Below are positions 34,432 to 43,300 of a stretch of 48,997 nucleotides of DNA, piece after piece. A program made the translations under genes and the position numbers. Each line of letters opens with the position of its first letter. The stretch's first letter is position 1. Source of the stretch: Candidatus Micrarchaeota archaeon (lineage in GTDB: Archaea; Micrarchaeota; Micrarchaeia; Micrarchaeales; CABMGC01). The notes under the pieces were generated by a model. It did not search any database and was not told the DNA's origin. It was given only the letters and a program-made list of their open reading frames with translations. The stretch spans positions 1 through 48,997 of the forward strand of contig DAHWIK010000038.1 of assembly GCA_027345185.1 (NCBI GenBank). The letters are read 5' to 3'.

Positions 34432-35079
34432 ATGCCTTCTGATAAATACATAACGACAGTCCTGATGCGGCTTTCAAGAAGGTATGGGTACAGTCCAAGG
34501 ACCAAGCTTGCCCACGTAAGCATGTGCGAGCTCTTTGTTGCGGTATTCCTATCACCCCAATCAACAGACGCACAGATCAACAGGGCAACTGCGCAGCTGT
34601 TCAGAAAATTCAGGAGCTTTGAAGACTATGCAAATTCAGACCAGGGGACACTCCAGAGATACCTCAGCAGCGTAAATTTCTACAAGACAAAGGCAAGAAA
34701 TCTTAGGAGGTCAGCCAAGATGATACTTGAAAGATTCCACGGGGAGGTTCCGCGCAGCCTGAACGAGCTCATGGAGCTTCCAGGCGTAGGCAGAAAAGTT
34801 GGGAACGTAATACTGAATGAAGGATACAATATCGACGAAGGGATAGCCGTCGACACTCATGCCGGAAGAGTGGCAAGGAGGCTTGGCTTGTCAAGGCACA
34901 CAGACGCAAACAAGGTGGAGCAGGACCTTCTCGTAAAGATACCGCGGAAGGCGTGGGGAAGGGCCTCGAACCTTCTCATAGAATTGGGCAGGGACGCATG
35001 CACGGCAAGGAACAAGGAGTGCTTCCGGTGCGTCCTTAATGACATATGCCCTAGCAGTGACGTTAAGAAAAGTCCGTGA
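34432..35079 (+). CDS. nth: Endonuclease III (HhH-GPD DNA glycosylase with a 4Fe-4S cluster loop)
   Basis: LMELPGVGRKVGNVIL HhH, the VDTH catalytic-Asp context, and C-x6-C-x2-C-x5-C (CTARNKECFRCVLNDIC). Confidence 0.88.
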   Translation: MPSDKYITTVLMRLSRRYGYSPRTKLAHVSMCELFVAVFLSPQSTDAQINRATAQLFRKFRSFEDYANSDQGTLQRYLSSVNFYKTKARNLRRSAKMILERFHGEVPRSLNELMELPGVGRKVGNVILNEGYNIDEGIAVDTHAGRVARRLGLSRHTDANKVEQDLLVKIPRKAWGRASNLLIELGRDACTARNKECFRCVLNDICPSSDVKKSP

Positions 35080-35081
35080 AC

Positions 35082-35930
35082 TCAATTTCGCCGCAGGCCG
35101 GAGAGCACATCAAGCAGGCATTCAGTGGATTCAAGATGGTGCTTGACTATCCTTTGGTCTCCTGCCCTTCCAAGAAGCCACTCCCCAACATTCTTGTCGT
35201 GGTTTGCAGGCACTATCACAGTCCCATTCCCGGCAAGTGCGGCATCGAATGCAGGCCTGTCGTTGTCTCCATCCCCGTATACAGTGAATCTGTCAATGCC
35301 AATACCGAAGAGTTCAGACATGAACCTTATTGCACGCGATTTATCTGCCCCTTTGTGGTTTATGTCAATGAGCGTATGGCTATAGGTAGTGAATAGCCTA
35401 TCCTGAACTTCAAAAGGCAGAGTTGCTACAAATCCAAATACTGCATCCCTGAAATCTGCCATCTGCACGTTTTCAGGCTTATGGTATGTCGCCATCGTAA
35501 GCTTTCCATCGGATTTCTCATAGCCCGGGAACTCGCTGTCAAGAAATGCCTCTATCTTCGGAGCGACCTGCTTGATTATGAAATCTGCCTCTTCCTGAGG
35601 GATCAACAGCCTTAGCTTGCCGGAAGGCGCTCTTGGATCATAAAGAACTCCTGCATTCTCTGCGAAAAGTGGCGCACCGCTTTCATCCGACCATGGCTTT
35701 GCCCTGGATATCCTGCTTCCTGTTACAGTGGCGAACCTACATTGCGTCACGCCAAGCCCTCTAACGAGTTCAGCTGCCTTGAGCACAAGCGGATCTTCTA
35801 TGTAGTTCTTTAGGTGATCTGGAACTATAGATCCATCAAAATCCGCAGCTATGATGCCTGTCTTCCTCAGTGCCACTGATAGGTCTGTATGCCCATGCGC
35901 AAATACCTGCCCTGCCTTAAGCTGTGCCAT
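35082..35930 (-). CDS. HAD-superfamily (IIB-like) sugar-phosphate phosphatase
   Basis: Motif I is DFDGS and motif IV is GDGDNDRPAF. There is a large cap insertion. Confidence 0.7.
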   Translation of the reverse strand: MAQLKAGQVFAHGHTDLSVALRKTGIIAADFDGSIVPDHLKNYIEDPLVLKAAELVRGLGVTQCRFATVTGSRISRAKPWSDESGAPLFAENAGVLYDPRAPSGKLRLLIPQEEADFIIKQVAPKIEAFLDSEFPGYEKSDGKLTMATYHKPENVQMADFRDAVFGFVATLPFEVQDRLFTTYSHTLIDINHKGADKSRAIRFMSELFGIGIDRFTVYGDGDNDRPAFDAALAGNGTVIVPANHDKNVGEWLLGRAGDQRIVKHHLESTECLLDVLSGLRRN

Positions 35931-36235
35931 AAAATTCCCATTAAAAACAATGCATTATGTGATATAAAAAGTTTGCCTTTTGAACTCCCTATCAGAACAG
36001 ATTGCATACTCCTGCAATACTTATCTCCAGCTCACCGAGATCGGTATTCTTCCCTAGTTTTCAGATAGTGGGCGCTGTTTTCCTCTACCCTTGCAGGGCC
36101 CGCGCTGTCAGCAGCAAGCTCATTTAATTCCGGCAAGGAAGCCCACAACCATTTATGGGTATGCGAGATCACCTCTGGCCACACTTAAATGGTCAAATTT
36201 ACAGCCAACCAGCTAAAACTGTTCATTTTAGCCAT

Positions 36236-36243
36236 ATTTATAT
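36236..36243 (+). promoter_or_regulatory. TATA-like box (TTTATATA) about 27 nt upstream of the ATG at 36267
   Basis: Read directly. This supports 36267 as the start rather than the ORF-track start at 36189. Confidence 0.45.
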
Positions 36244-36266
36244 ATCAAAAAAGCCCACAATATGTT

Positions 36267-36950
36267 ATGTCAACAGCAGAGTTTAAGGTGAAGGCAGATC
36301 GCATTCAATCCCAGTTGGAGAGGGGCAGCATAGTCTGTGCTAAAGATGCATGGACCATGCTTTTTGACAATTGGACCGACGCAGGCCTTAAGTCTGAAAT
36401 AGCCGCAGCATTGAGGTCTGGAATCAAGGATTCGGTTGCCAGGCCCTCTTCTGGTGCAGCGCATGCGGATTATGGGATACGTGGATTGGGTTCGCTATCA
36501 GAAGATACGCTAACTGCAATAGTCATGTCGGGCGGATATGAGATGTCAAGATACTTCTATCCCTGCCTTAAGGAAGCAGGGATTTCAAGCAACTTCGTGA
36601 TGATAGGGTACTCCTCAGGCGCCACCAATCACACGCGCGCAAAGCTGTTCTCCGACGGCACTGAAATGACCGGAAAGATATTTGTACTAGAGGAAGACCT
36701 CCATGCCTTGATGGAAAGCAGCAATGTGCTCTTCATCGACGATTATATCGAGACCAGGGTGACCCTTACTGCAATAGGAGATGCACTGATAAGGATGGGA
36801 TATTCTGGCAAGATGAATGAGATGGATTTTTCAGGCCATGTGCGTGACTGGTCCTACAAGCTGCTTGTGCCTGACATAGAGCTACCGTCTAGGGACAGGA
36901 TGGTGATGACCGAAAACGGCATCGCCCTAAAGGAAACGGAGAGGAAGTGA
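36267..36950 (+). CDS. Hypothetical protein with a degenerate phosphoribosyltransferase-like motif
   Basis: VLFIDDYIETRVTL resembles the PRPP-binding loop of the PRT fold, but several consensus positions are not met. Confidence 0.45.
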   Translation: MSTAEFKVKADRIQSQLERGSIVCAKDAWTMLFDNWTDAGLKSEIAAALRSGIKDSVARPSSGAAHADYGIRGLGSLSEDTLTAIVMSGGYEMSRYFYPCLKEAGISSNFVMIGYSSGATNHTRAKLFSDGTEMTGKIFVLEEDLHALMESSNVLFIDDYIETRVTLTAIGDALIRMGYSGKMNEMDFSGHVRDWSYKLLVPDIELPSRDRMVMTENGIALKETERK

Positions 36951-36957
36951 GCTGCAG

Positions 36958-38055
36958 CTAAGGCAGGAAGTCCTTGTCCTTTATCTTATCCTTTATGTAG
37001 TCTCCAACGAATGTTAGCCTTGGCCCCTGCAATGCATCCTGCTCGAGCTTCTTCTTCGACTTTATCATGCGCTCAAGCTCAACCACCCAGGGCTTGCTCC
37101 TCTTTATCCACTCATAATTGAGCATCTCCTGTGCCCTCTTCAGGTCTACCTCGCTGGCATTCATAGTGAGCTTGTTCAGGAATTCGTACTTGTCAAGGTC
37201 GGCCATGGTAACGCCTATGTAGCGCGCCTCAGGCGTGGCAACCGCACTTCCTATGTATGCAAGGTTTATGCTCCCGGTCTTTATCGTCCAGTATATATAC
37301 CATCCCCACGCATCTGCGTCAGTGAACACGTAAATCGGCAGTCCCTGGTCAGCGAGCTTCCTTATAAGCCTCCTTGTTCCTCTGGCGGCCTGCCCCTGCG
37401 GCGTTATCAGTATGGCGTTTTCCTTCTTCCAGAATCCATCCTCGTTAAGCCTCTGCCACAAGGCGTCCTTCTCAACCACTATCACGTACCTGGCTTTCAC
37501 GTCGACGAACTTTATATCGTTGTCCACGTCGCTGGGTATGGCCCATCCGCTCCTTCCCTGCCTGCCGCAGTCTATCTCCACCCTTTCGTCACCGAATTTG
37601 TCGAGCACCTTCATGTTGCCTGCAAGAACCCCCTTCCTGTTCGCGTTAAGGTTGAGGTATTCCCTTGTGGTGTCAAGAGATACTTCGAGGTCCTCTATGA
37701 GCGGGTTTGATTCCGCCTGCTCGCTGAATATGTTCTCATCTACGTCCTCACCAAGGGAGTATTTCAGCTGGTAGAAAAGCCCCCTTATTGTAGTGTGCAG
37801 ATTCTCCTTCACGAACTTGTGGCACTTGGATGCTATCGCAACGGTCTGCATGAATCTCTTAGACTGTCCGACATTGACGAAATCCCTCTCCTCCTTTGCC
37901 TTCCCTAGCTTAAGGTACCCTATCTTGGGATCGTATGTTATGTTGGATCTGGTCCTTGCCGCTGTCACGAACTTGGGGTTCTTTCCGGCCTTTATGCTCT
38001 TTACAATTTCGTTGCCCATCGATTCAAGCTTGCCCTTTGCATCAGAGTCGCTCAT
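36958..38055 (-). CDS. top6A: DNA topoisomerase VI subunit A (Spo11-like)
   Basis: [11 protein letters not shown] (catalytic Tyr context), and TOPRIM blocks VIVVEKDA and [11 protein letters not shown]. Length about 365 aa. Confidence 0.85.
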   Translation of the reverse strand: MSDSDAKGKLESMGNEIVKSIKAGKNPKFVTAARTRSNITYDPKIGYLKLGKAKEERDFVNVGQSKRFMQTVAIASKCHKFVKENLHTTIRGLFYQLKYSLGEDVDENIFSEQAESNPLIEDLEVSLDTTREYLNLNANRKGVLAGNMKVLDKFGDERVEIDCGRQGRSGWAIPSDVDNDIKFVDVKARYVIVVEKDALWQRLNEDGFWKKENAILITPQGQAARGTRRLIRKLADQGLPIYVFTDADAWGWYIYWTIKTGSINLAYIGSAVATPEARYIGVTMADLDKYEFLNKLTMNASEVDLKRAQEMLNYEWIKRSKPWVVELERMIKSKKKLEQDALQGPRLTFVGDYIKDKIKDKDFLP

Positions 38056-40028
38056 TCTGCAACCTCATTAGCCACTAGCGGCGACCTCTCCCTCGAGTCG
38101 CCTGTTATGTACTTCCTTAGCTTGCCCACCAGATCGTCCCTTCTCGAGCTCTTCTTAAGCGCAAAATGCAGTACCTCGGCTATGTTCTTCACAGGCAAAA
38201 CCTTGACCTTACTAAGCTCCTTTTTGTCTATGTATATGTCCTTTGCATTGCTGTCCGGCACTATCACATATTTCATCCCTGCTTCTATTGCTGCCCGCAC
38301 CTTGTTTGTTATGCCCCCGACAGGAAGAACGTCCCCCCTAACAGACAGCGATCCGGTCATTGCCACGTCCTGGCTTACAGGCATTCCCTCAAGCGCGGAT
38401 ATTACTGCAACGGCCACGGAGACGCTTGCGCTGTCTCCCTCGACACCTTCATAAGTCTGCAGAAACTGGACGTGGATGTCGTAGCTTGCCATATCCCTGT
38501 TCATGTGCCTCTTTATCACTGCGCTTATGTTCTTGACGGCCTCACGCGCTATCTTCCCGAGTTTTCCCGTGGCTATGAGCTTGCCCTCTGTCTTGGAGCT
38601 TGATTTTGTGACTTCAGCAACTATCGGCAGGACCATTCCGGCCGAGAGATAGGATGATCCCACTATGGCAAGACCGTTTACCCTCCCAATTGCAAATCCG
38701 GACGTCTTGAATATCTTGTAGTCCTTCCTGTACTCAAGCGACTGCTCGACGTACTGGGCCTCTATTGGCGTTGTTATCTTGAGGGCGTCCTTTACCTCCT
38801 CCATTGTGACCACCTTCTTGTTCCTCTCCACGGCCATGTCCCCTGCAGCCCTGACAACACCTCCAAGCTCCCTGAGTATAAGCGTGAGCTTGTCCTTCCT
38901 TCCGCTCCTCCTCTTTGCCTCCTCTATTATCTCCATGCAGGCATCGAAGTCGAACGGCGGTATCTTTCCGTCCTTCTTTACCTCCTGTGCTATGAACCTT
39001 ACGAGCTTCTCCCTGTTTGCGTCGGTGTCAGCCATTGATGACTGCATGTATACCTCGTAACCATAACCCCGTATCCTGGACCTCAGCGCAGGGTGCATCT
39101 TAGTTATGTCCTGAAGGTTTCCTGCTGCGACTAACAGGAAGTCGCACGGTACGGCTTCCGTCCTGACAAGCGCACCTGAGCTCATCTCGCTCTGGCCTGT
39201 TATTGAATACTTCTTCTCCTGCATGGCCGTGAGCAGCTCCTGCTGTGATCTCGGCTCTATGTCTGCTATCTCGTCTATGAATAGCACCCCCTTGTTTGCC
39301 TTGTGTATCAATCCGCTCTCCACCCTAAGGTGTGCCGGAGTTCCAAGCCCGCCTGATTGCAGCGGATCGTGCTTGACATCTCCAAACAGATGTCCGGCCC
39401 TTGCGCCGGTTCCATCATAGAATGGAGCATGCGTCATCCCGGTGTTGTCGACTATGAGCTTTGGCTCGTTGCTATCGAACGTTCCAGGCAGCATTCCCGC
39501 ACGCCTGAAGCTGCCGACAAAGATGAGCACAGATCCGAATATCATTATCCCAAGGATCAGCGCGCCTATTAGTACCAGCTGATAACCCACTATAAGGTTT
39601 GTAAAGGAGAGCACTACAAGCAGCACCACTATGATCATTATTATCGGAGTGACAAGGCTTCCCCTTCCCTTCCCTACGTCCATCCTGCCCTTCATCTTCT
39701 CTTTCTGTATTAGAAGCCTTCCCTGCCCGTCTCCGAGCGGCTTTCCGGCCTCTATCTTCGGATATGTCTTTACGCTCTTTATCACCGGATGATTTTCGTC
39801 GTTGGGGTTCTTGTATACCAATACGTCCTCAAGGTCCGTAATAGGAAGCTGCTCGGCTATTGCCTGTGCAAGAAGTGTCTTTCCTGTCCCAGGGTCTCCG
39901 ATCAGCATCACGTTGCGATGCTGTTTTGCGGCCTTTTTTATTATGTTTACTGCCTTATCCTGCCCTATTACCTGGTCTACCAGCTTGTCAGGTATCTTCA
40001 CTTCATCTGTAGTCTTGAATCTCTTCAT
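38052..40028 (-). CDS. lonB: Archaeal membrane-bound Lon protease (LonB)
   Basis: Walker A GDPGTGKT, two TM helices inserted in the AAA+ domain, protease Ser in GDSASVS, and the downstream Lys context GGITNKV. Confidence 0.9.
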   Translation of the reverse strand: MKRFKTTDEVKIPDKLVDQVIGQDKAVNIIKKAAKQHRNVMLIGDPGTGKTLLAQAIAEQLPITDLEDVLVYKNPNDENHPVIKSVKTYPKIEAGKPLGDGQGRLLIQKEKMKGRMDVGKGRGSLVTPIIMIIVVLLVVLSFTNLIVGYQLVLIGALILGIMIFGSVLIFVGSFRRAGMLPGTFDSNEPKLIVDNTGMTHAPFYDGTGARAGHLFGDVKHDPLQSGGLGTPAHLRVESGLIHKANKGVLFIDEIADIEPRSQQELLTAMQEKKYSITGQSEMSSGALVRTEAVPCDFLLVAAGNLQDITKMHPALRSRIRGYGYEVYMQSSMADTDANREKLVRFIAQEVKKDGKIPPFDFDACMEIIEEAKRRSGRKDKLTLILRELGGVVRAAGDMAVERNKKVVTMEEVKDALKITTPIEAQYVEQSLEYRKDYKIFKTSGFAIGRVNGLAIVGSSYLSAGMVLPIVAEVTKSSSKTEGKLIATGKLGKIAREAVKNISAVIKRHMNRDMASYDIHVQFLQTYEGVEGDSASVSVAVAVISALEGMPVSQDVAMTGSLSVRGDVLPVGGITNKVRAAIEAGMKYVIVPDSNAKDIYIDKKELSKVKVLPVKNIAEVLHFALKKSSRRDDLVGKLRKYITGDSRERSPLVANEVAE

Positions 40029-40235
40029 AATGACCAGAATTTAGGATTTAATAACGCAATCAATCTTTATAATCCTTTATAGTAATTTGGGTTTTGGGAC
40101 TGCCTGATCCACCAGTATCATTATACTAGATAACGCCACAAGTTAATGCTCCAAGTATTATAAACATGTAGGATGCTCTATACATTTGGTACGGCTTTTG
40201 GAACAGGCCACAGCTTAATCAAGGATCCAAAAATT

Positions 40236-40280
40236 GCGTTTAGAGGGTGGGGAAGGACAAATAGAAAATTCTCTAAACGC
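40236..40280. other. 10-bp perfect stem (GCGTTTAGAG / CTCTAAACGC) with a 25-nt G/A-rich loop in the lon-mscS divergent spacer
   Basis: Read directly. Confidence 0.6.
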
Positions 40281-40406
40281 AGTTAAGTCTATTAATATTA
40301 AGTTTTATAAACGTTTCTCAAAACTTCAATGCCATCCAATCTACGGATACGCAAGCGATCGTAATTTATAATCAGTTGCTGCACATTGAATAATTGTTGC
40401 AATCAA

Positions 40407-41309
40407 ATGGTTATCATGGACGACGAAGCGCACCAACACAAGAGGGCAAGGCGAAACAAGGCGCTGCTCAGGCTACTTTACGCATTGACGGTAATTCTTG
40501 TAGTCATATACCTGGCTCTTACCTATACCAATACTATCCCTGGATCTGCGCTGGGCTACGCAATCGTAACAATCATATTCGGCCTCCTGATAGTAGAGGT
40601 CATTGCAAGGATAGTCTTCTACTACATGATAAATGACGTGCACAGGGCAGAGGCGCAGGCGCTTAGCAGCATAACTAGGATAATAGGCATCTGTCTCGTA
40701 TTCCTGATTGCGCTTTACCTGATCTTTGGATATCAGTATCTAGGGGAAATATTTGTAAGTGCAGGTTTTCTTGGTATAATCCTAGGTCTTGCAGCGCAGG
40801 CGACCATATCAAACTTCATAGCCGGCATCTATCTTATTGCAAGCAATGCGGTAGAGCCTGATGACAACGTAATACTTCAGACCTGGCAGTATACATTGCA
40901 GCCGCAGAGCTATCCGCATGACAAATTCGTTCCAGGAATCTCCGGAACAATAGAGAGCATAGACGTGCTTTACACAAAGATCATCAACGAGGAGGGAATT
41001 CCTGTATACATACCGAACAACATAGTGGCGCAGTCCCTCATTATAAACTACCACAGGGCAAAGGAGCATATCAGGAAGATACAGTTCGACGTGGACATAT
41101 CTGTACCCTTCCAAAAACTTAAGAAGATAATAGACCGTATCATAACCAAGCACGGCGCAGATGCTCACGATGTAAAGATAGAATACTTGCATCAGCTGTT
41201 CTATGTTGTCACCATACATGTAAAGATTCAGGAAAAGGAGATTGTGGCTCTCAAGTCAGAGATATTCAAGGAACTGGTAAAGGACGTGAGCAACGCAAAG
41301 AATAAATAA
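40407..41309 (+). CDS. Small-conductance mechanosensitive channel (MscS family)
   Basis: GIILGLAAQATISNFIAGIYLIAS pore-helix signature, three preceding TM helices and a C-terminal beta domain. The ORF is open from a TTG at 40386. Confidence 0.8.
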   Translation: MVIMDDEAHQHKRARRNKALLRLLYALTVILVVIYLALTYTNTIPGSALGYAIVTIIFGLLIVEVIARIVFYYMINDVHRAEAQALSSITRIIGICLVFLIALYLIFGYQYLGEIFVSAGFLGIILGLAAQATISNFIAGIYLIASNAVEPDDNVILQTWQYTLQPQSYPHDKFVPGISGTIESIDVLYTKIINEEGIPVYIPNNIVAQSLIINYHRAKEHIRKIQFDVDISVPFQKLKKIIDRIITKHGADAHDVKIEYLHQLFYVVTIHVKIQEKEIVALKSEIFKELVKDVSNAKNK

Positions 41310-41310
41310 T

Positions 41311-41652
41311 TCAGCTAAGACCTATAAGCGCAGTCCCTATTGCTATTATCACAACTCCTGCCCATCTCTCAGGCCCAACGGCCTCACCGAGCACCGAGAA
41401 GGCGAGTATCGTAGTGAATATGTAGCTGAATCCAACGAATCCGTAAGCCCAGCTTAGGTGCGACCTTCCGAGTATGTACAGGTATATCAGCGTGGCCACT
41501 CCGTAAGCGATTATTCCAGTCAATATGAACCCTGCCAGTAATGATGTCGACTGCGCATCTACCCCCATCTTGAAGAAGAGCTGGCCGAAGCTTCCAAGAA
41601 GAGTGCTTACAAGAAGAAGCGCGGCGAAAAATATCTTTTTTTCCTCCATCAA
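41311..41652 (-). CDS. Small 4-TM EamA/SMR-like membrane protein (ArnE/ArnF-like half-transporter)
   Basis: 113 aa with four hydrophobic helices. A 4-nt overlap links it to the upstream paralog. Confidence 0.55.
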   Translation of the reverse strand: MMEEKKIFFAALLLVSTLLGSFGQLFFKMGVDAQSTSLLAGFILTGIIAYGVATLIYLYILGRSHLSWAYGFVGFSYIFTTILAFSVLGEAVGPERWAGVVIIAIGTALIGLS

Positions 41653-42032
41653 AAAACCAGAAGCGATGATACCAGGGCTATGCCAAGCATTATCATCAGT
41701 ATTCCTGCAAGCCGCACCTTCCCTATCCTCTCATTGAGCATGAAATGCGATATCAGTATTACGAATATGAATGTGCTTGAGAAGGCAGGATAGACGAAGG
41801 AGAGCTGACCGGAGCCCAATGCGAAAAGGTAGAAGACCAGACCGAACATGTAGATGAGCACGCCTGCAATAACCATCTTGTTCTTTGCAAGCGACAGTAC
41901 CCCTGACAGACTGAACCTGAACTTGGGAACCGACTTCTTGAACACGTATTGCGCGTAAGCAACTATCGCGGCAGCCACTACCGTAAGCAGTACCACATAA
42001 TATATGCCCAGCATGTTAGGATGTTGTATCAC
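41649..42032 (-). CDS. Small 4-TM EamA/SMR-like membrane protein, partner of the preceding gene
   Basis: 127 aa with four hydrophobic helices, translationally coupled to its partner. Confidence 0.55.
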   Translation of the reverse strand: MIQHPNMLGIYYVVLLTVVAAAIVAYAQYVFKKSVPKFRFSLSGVLSLAKNKMVIAGVLIYMFGLVFYLFALGSGQLSFVYPAFSSTFIFVILISHFMLNERIGKVRLAGILMIMLGIALVSSLLVF

Positions 42033-42055
42033 ATATTTATAATCTTTTCAATAAA

Positions 42056-42477
42056 ATGCGATCTGACGCATCTATCGTATCCAGTAAAAGCAGAGCGCAG
42101 TCGCCCAAGCACGCGATTCAAGGAGATGCAGCCTTGCTAAGGGGCGGAAGCGCAGAGTTCTCAAGGGCTCTAAGCTACCTAACCGAAAATCTCCGGCTGA
42201 GGCTGGTCACGCTCACTGCCGGGCTGCATGATGCAGGAATAATCAAGCCCTGGTCAGAGGGAAGGGCACGCCAACTGAGGAGCAGAAGGAAAGGATCGAC
42301 ATACTGTGTGAAGCCCTGAAGAGCATAACCAAGAGAGAAAGCCCGGCCGTTGCAAGGGCCTTTCTCATGGGCATGAACCATGAACTAGGCGACCGCTCAA
42401 TAGTGCTTGTCATAGCAGAGTTGGCCAGTACAAGAGCAGACGTAATGGCGGCTGTAAGCGCATTTCTATATTATTAG
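42056..42477 (+). pseudogene. Possible frameshifted Xre-HTH / DUF2384 (ParS/MbcA-type antitoxin-like) gene
   Basis: One frame gives an HTH-like stretch ending ...LTAGLHDAGIIKPWSEG. The next frame continues KGTPTEEQKERIDILCEAL...ARAFLMGMNHELGDRSIVLVIAE...VMAAVSAFLYY. The frames overlap in 42232-42319, with a likely shift in the AGAGGGAAGGG run near 42255-42265. Confidence 0.3.
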
Positions 42478-42924
42478 CTGGCTGTTGTAGAATTGCAGTG
42501 CTGTAAGCACGTTCAGGTCGGCTATCTTGCCCTCCTTGAACATCCGCATCACTTCAAGCCTGTCGAACGCTTTTATAAAAATGGATTCGTCATTTTCCAT
42601 CTTCTGCTTGTCCTTCTCAAGTCCTGTTGCAAGGAAGAAGTGCATGTTGCAGTCTGAATACCCCAGAAGCGGATAGCCGCTGAACATGTACTTGATCCTT
42701 TTTGCAACATGTCCGGTCTCCTCCCTCAGTTCCCTGCGCGCAGCATCACCAGCGCTTTCCCCGTTTTTCAGTGTGCCTGAAGGCATCTCATAGACGTAGC
42801 CATCCAGTTCCGGCCTGTACGACCTTATCATAAGCACCTTCCCATGCCTAGTTATCGCAAGCACAGCTGCGCAGTCGTTATGGCTTATGTACGGCTTGTT
42901 GACTATCCTGCCCCTTATCCTCAA
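42466..42924 (-). CDS. Nudix hydrolase (ADP-ribose pyrophosphatase-like)
   Basis: Nudix box GTLKNGESAGDAARRELREETGH. The annotated start is a TTG, and similarity to ADPRase N-termini seems to continue upstream. Confidence 0.75.
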   Translation of the reverse strand: MRIRGRIVNKPYISHNDCAAVLAITRHGKVLMIRSYRPELDGYVYEMPSGTLKNGESAGDAARRELREETGHVAKRIKYMFSGYPLLGYSDCNMHFFLATGLEKDKQKMENDESIFIKAFDRLEVMRMFKEGKIADLNVLTALQFYNSQLII

Positions 42925-43067
42925 CTTCGAGTCGACAACAATGAACCTCCTCGTCCTTAGCAGTATCCTCTTTCCTAGCTTGTGCGCCTCGTCAGCTTTT
43001 TTGCTCTTGATGGTACCACCGGTTATCCATTGGATATATTAACGTTTTATATCTTAATAATATCGAT

Positions 43068-43283
43068 TTGATGCCAGGAAAACAGGAAGAGGAGAGGCTT
43101 CTCTTTATCTCGATAGGCGTTGTGTTTTTCAGCGTATTGGCCGTGATTCTTTTCATACTGAACATACAGATAGTCTTTTACGTTTCTGCGCTGCTTGCAA
43201 TAGCTCTCGGATTCTATCTCTCGCGCAGCCTCTCAAATGCTGACAGGGACCAGCAGCAGAAGCCTGGCAAGAAGACAAGATAG
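43068..43283 (+). CDS. Small two-TM membrane protein, hypothetical
   Basis: 71-aa ORF with two hydrophobic helices and a charged C-terminus. Confidence 0.4.
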   Translation: MMPGKQEEERLLFISIGVVFFSVLAVILFILNIQIVFYVSALLAIALGFYLSRSLSNADRDQQQKPGKKTR

Positions 43284-43300
43284 GCACAGGGAAGTTAGTC

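Noticed and set aside
36128-36144. TTCCGGCAAGGAAGCCC, reminiscent of the SRP RNA helix 8 sequence CCGGAAGGAAGC, in an ORF-free spacer
   Set aside because: The loop is not a GNRA tetraloop in the right register. The flanks are AT-rich (CATTTAATT), and I could not find the complementary 3' strand or terminal-helix pairing expected of a ~300-nt SRP RNA. A cmsearch with the archaeal SRP model would settle it.
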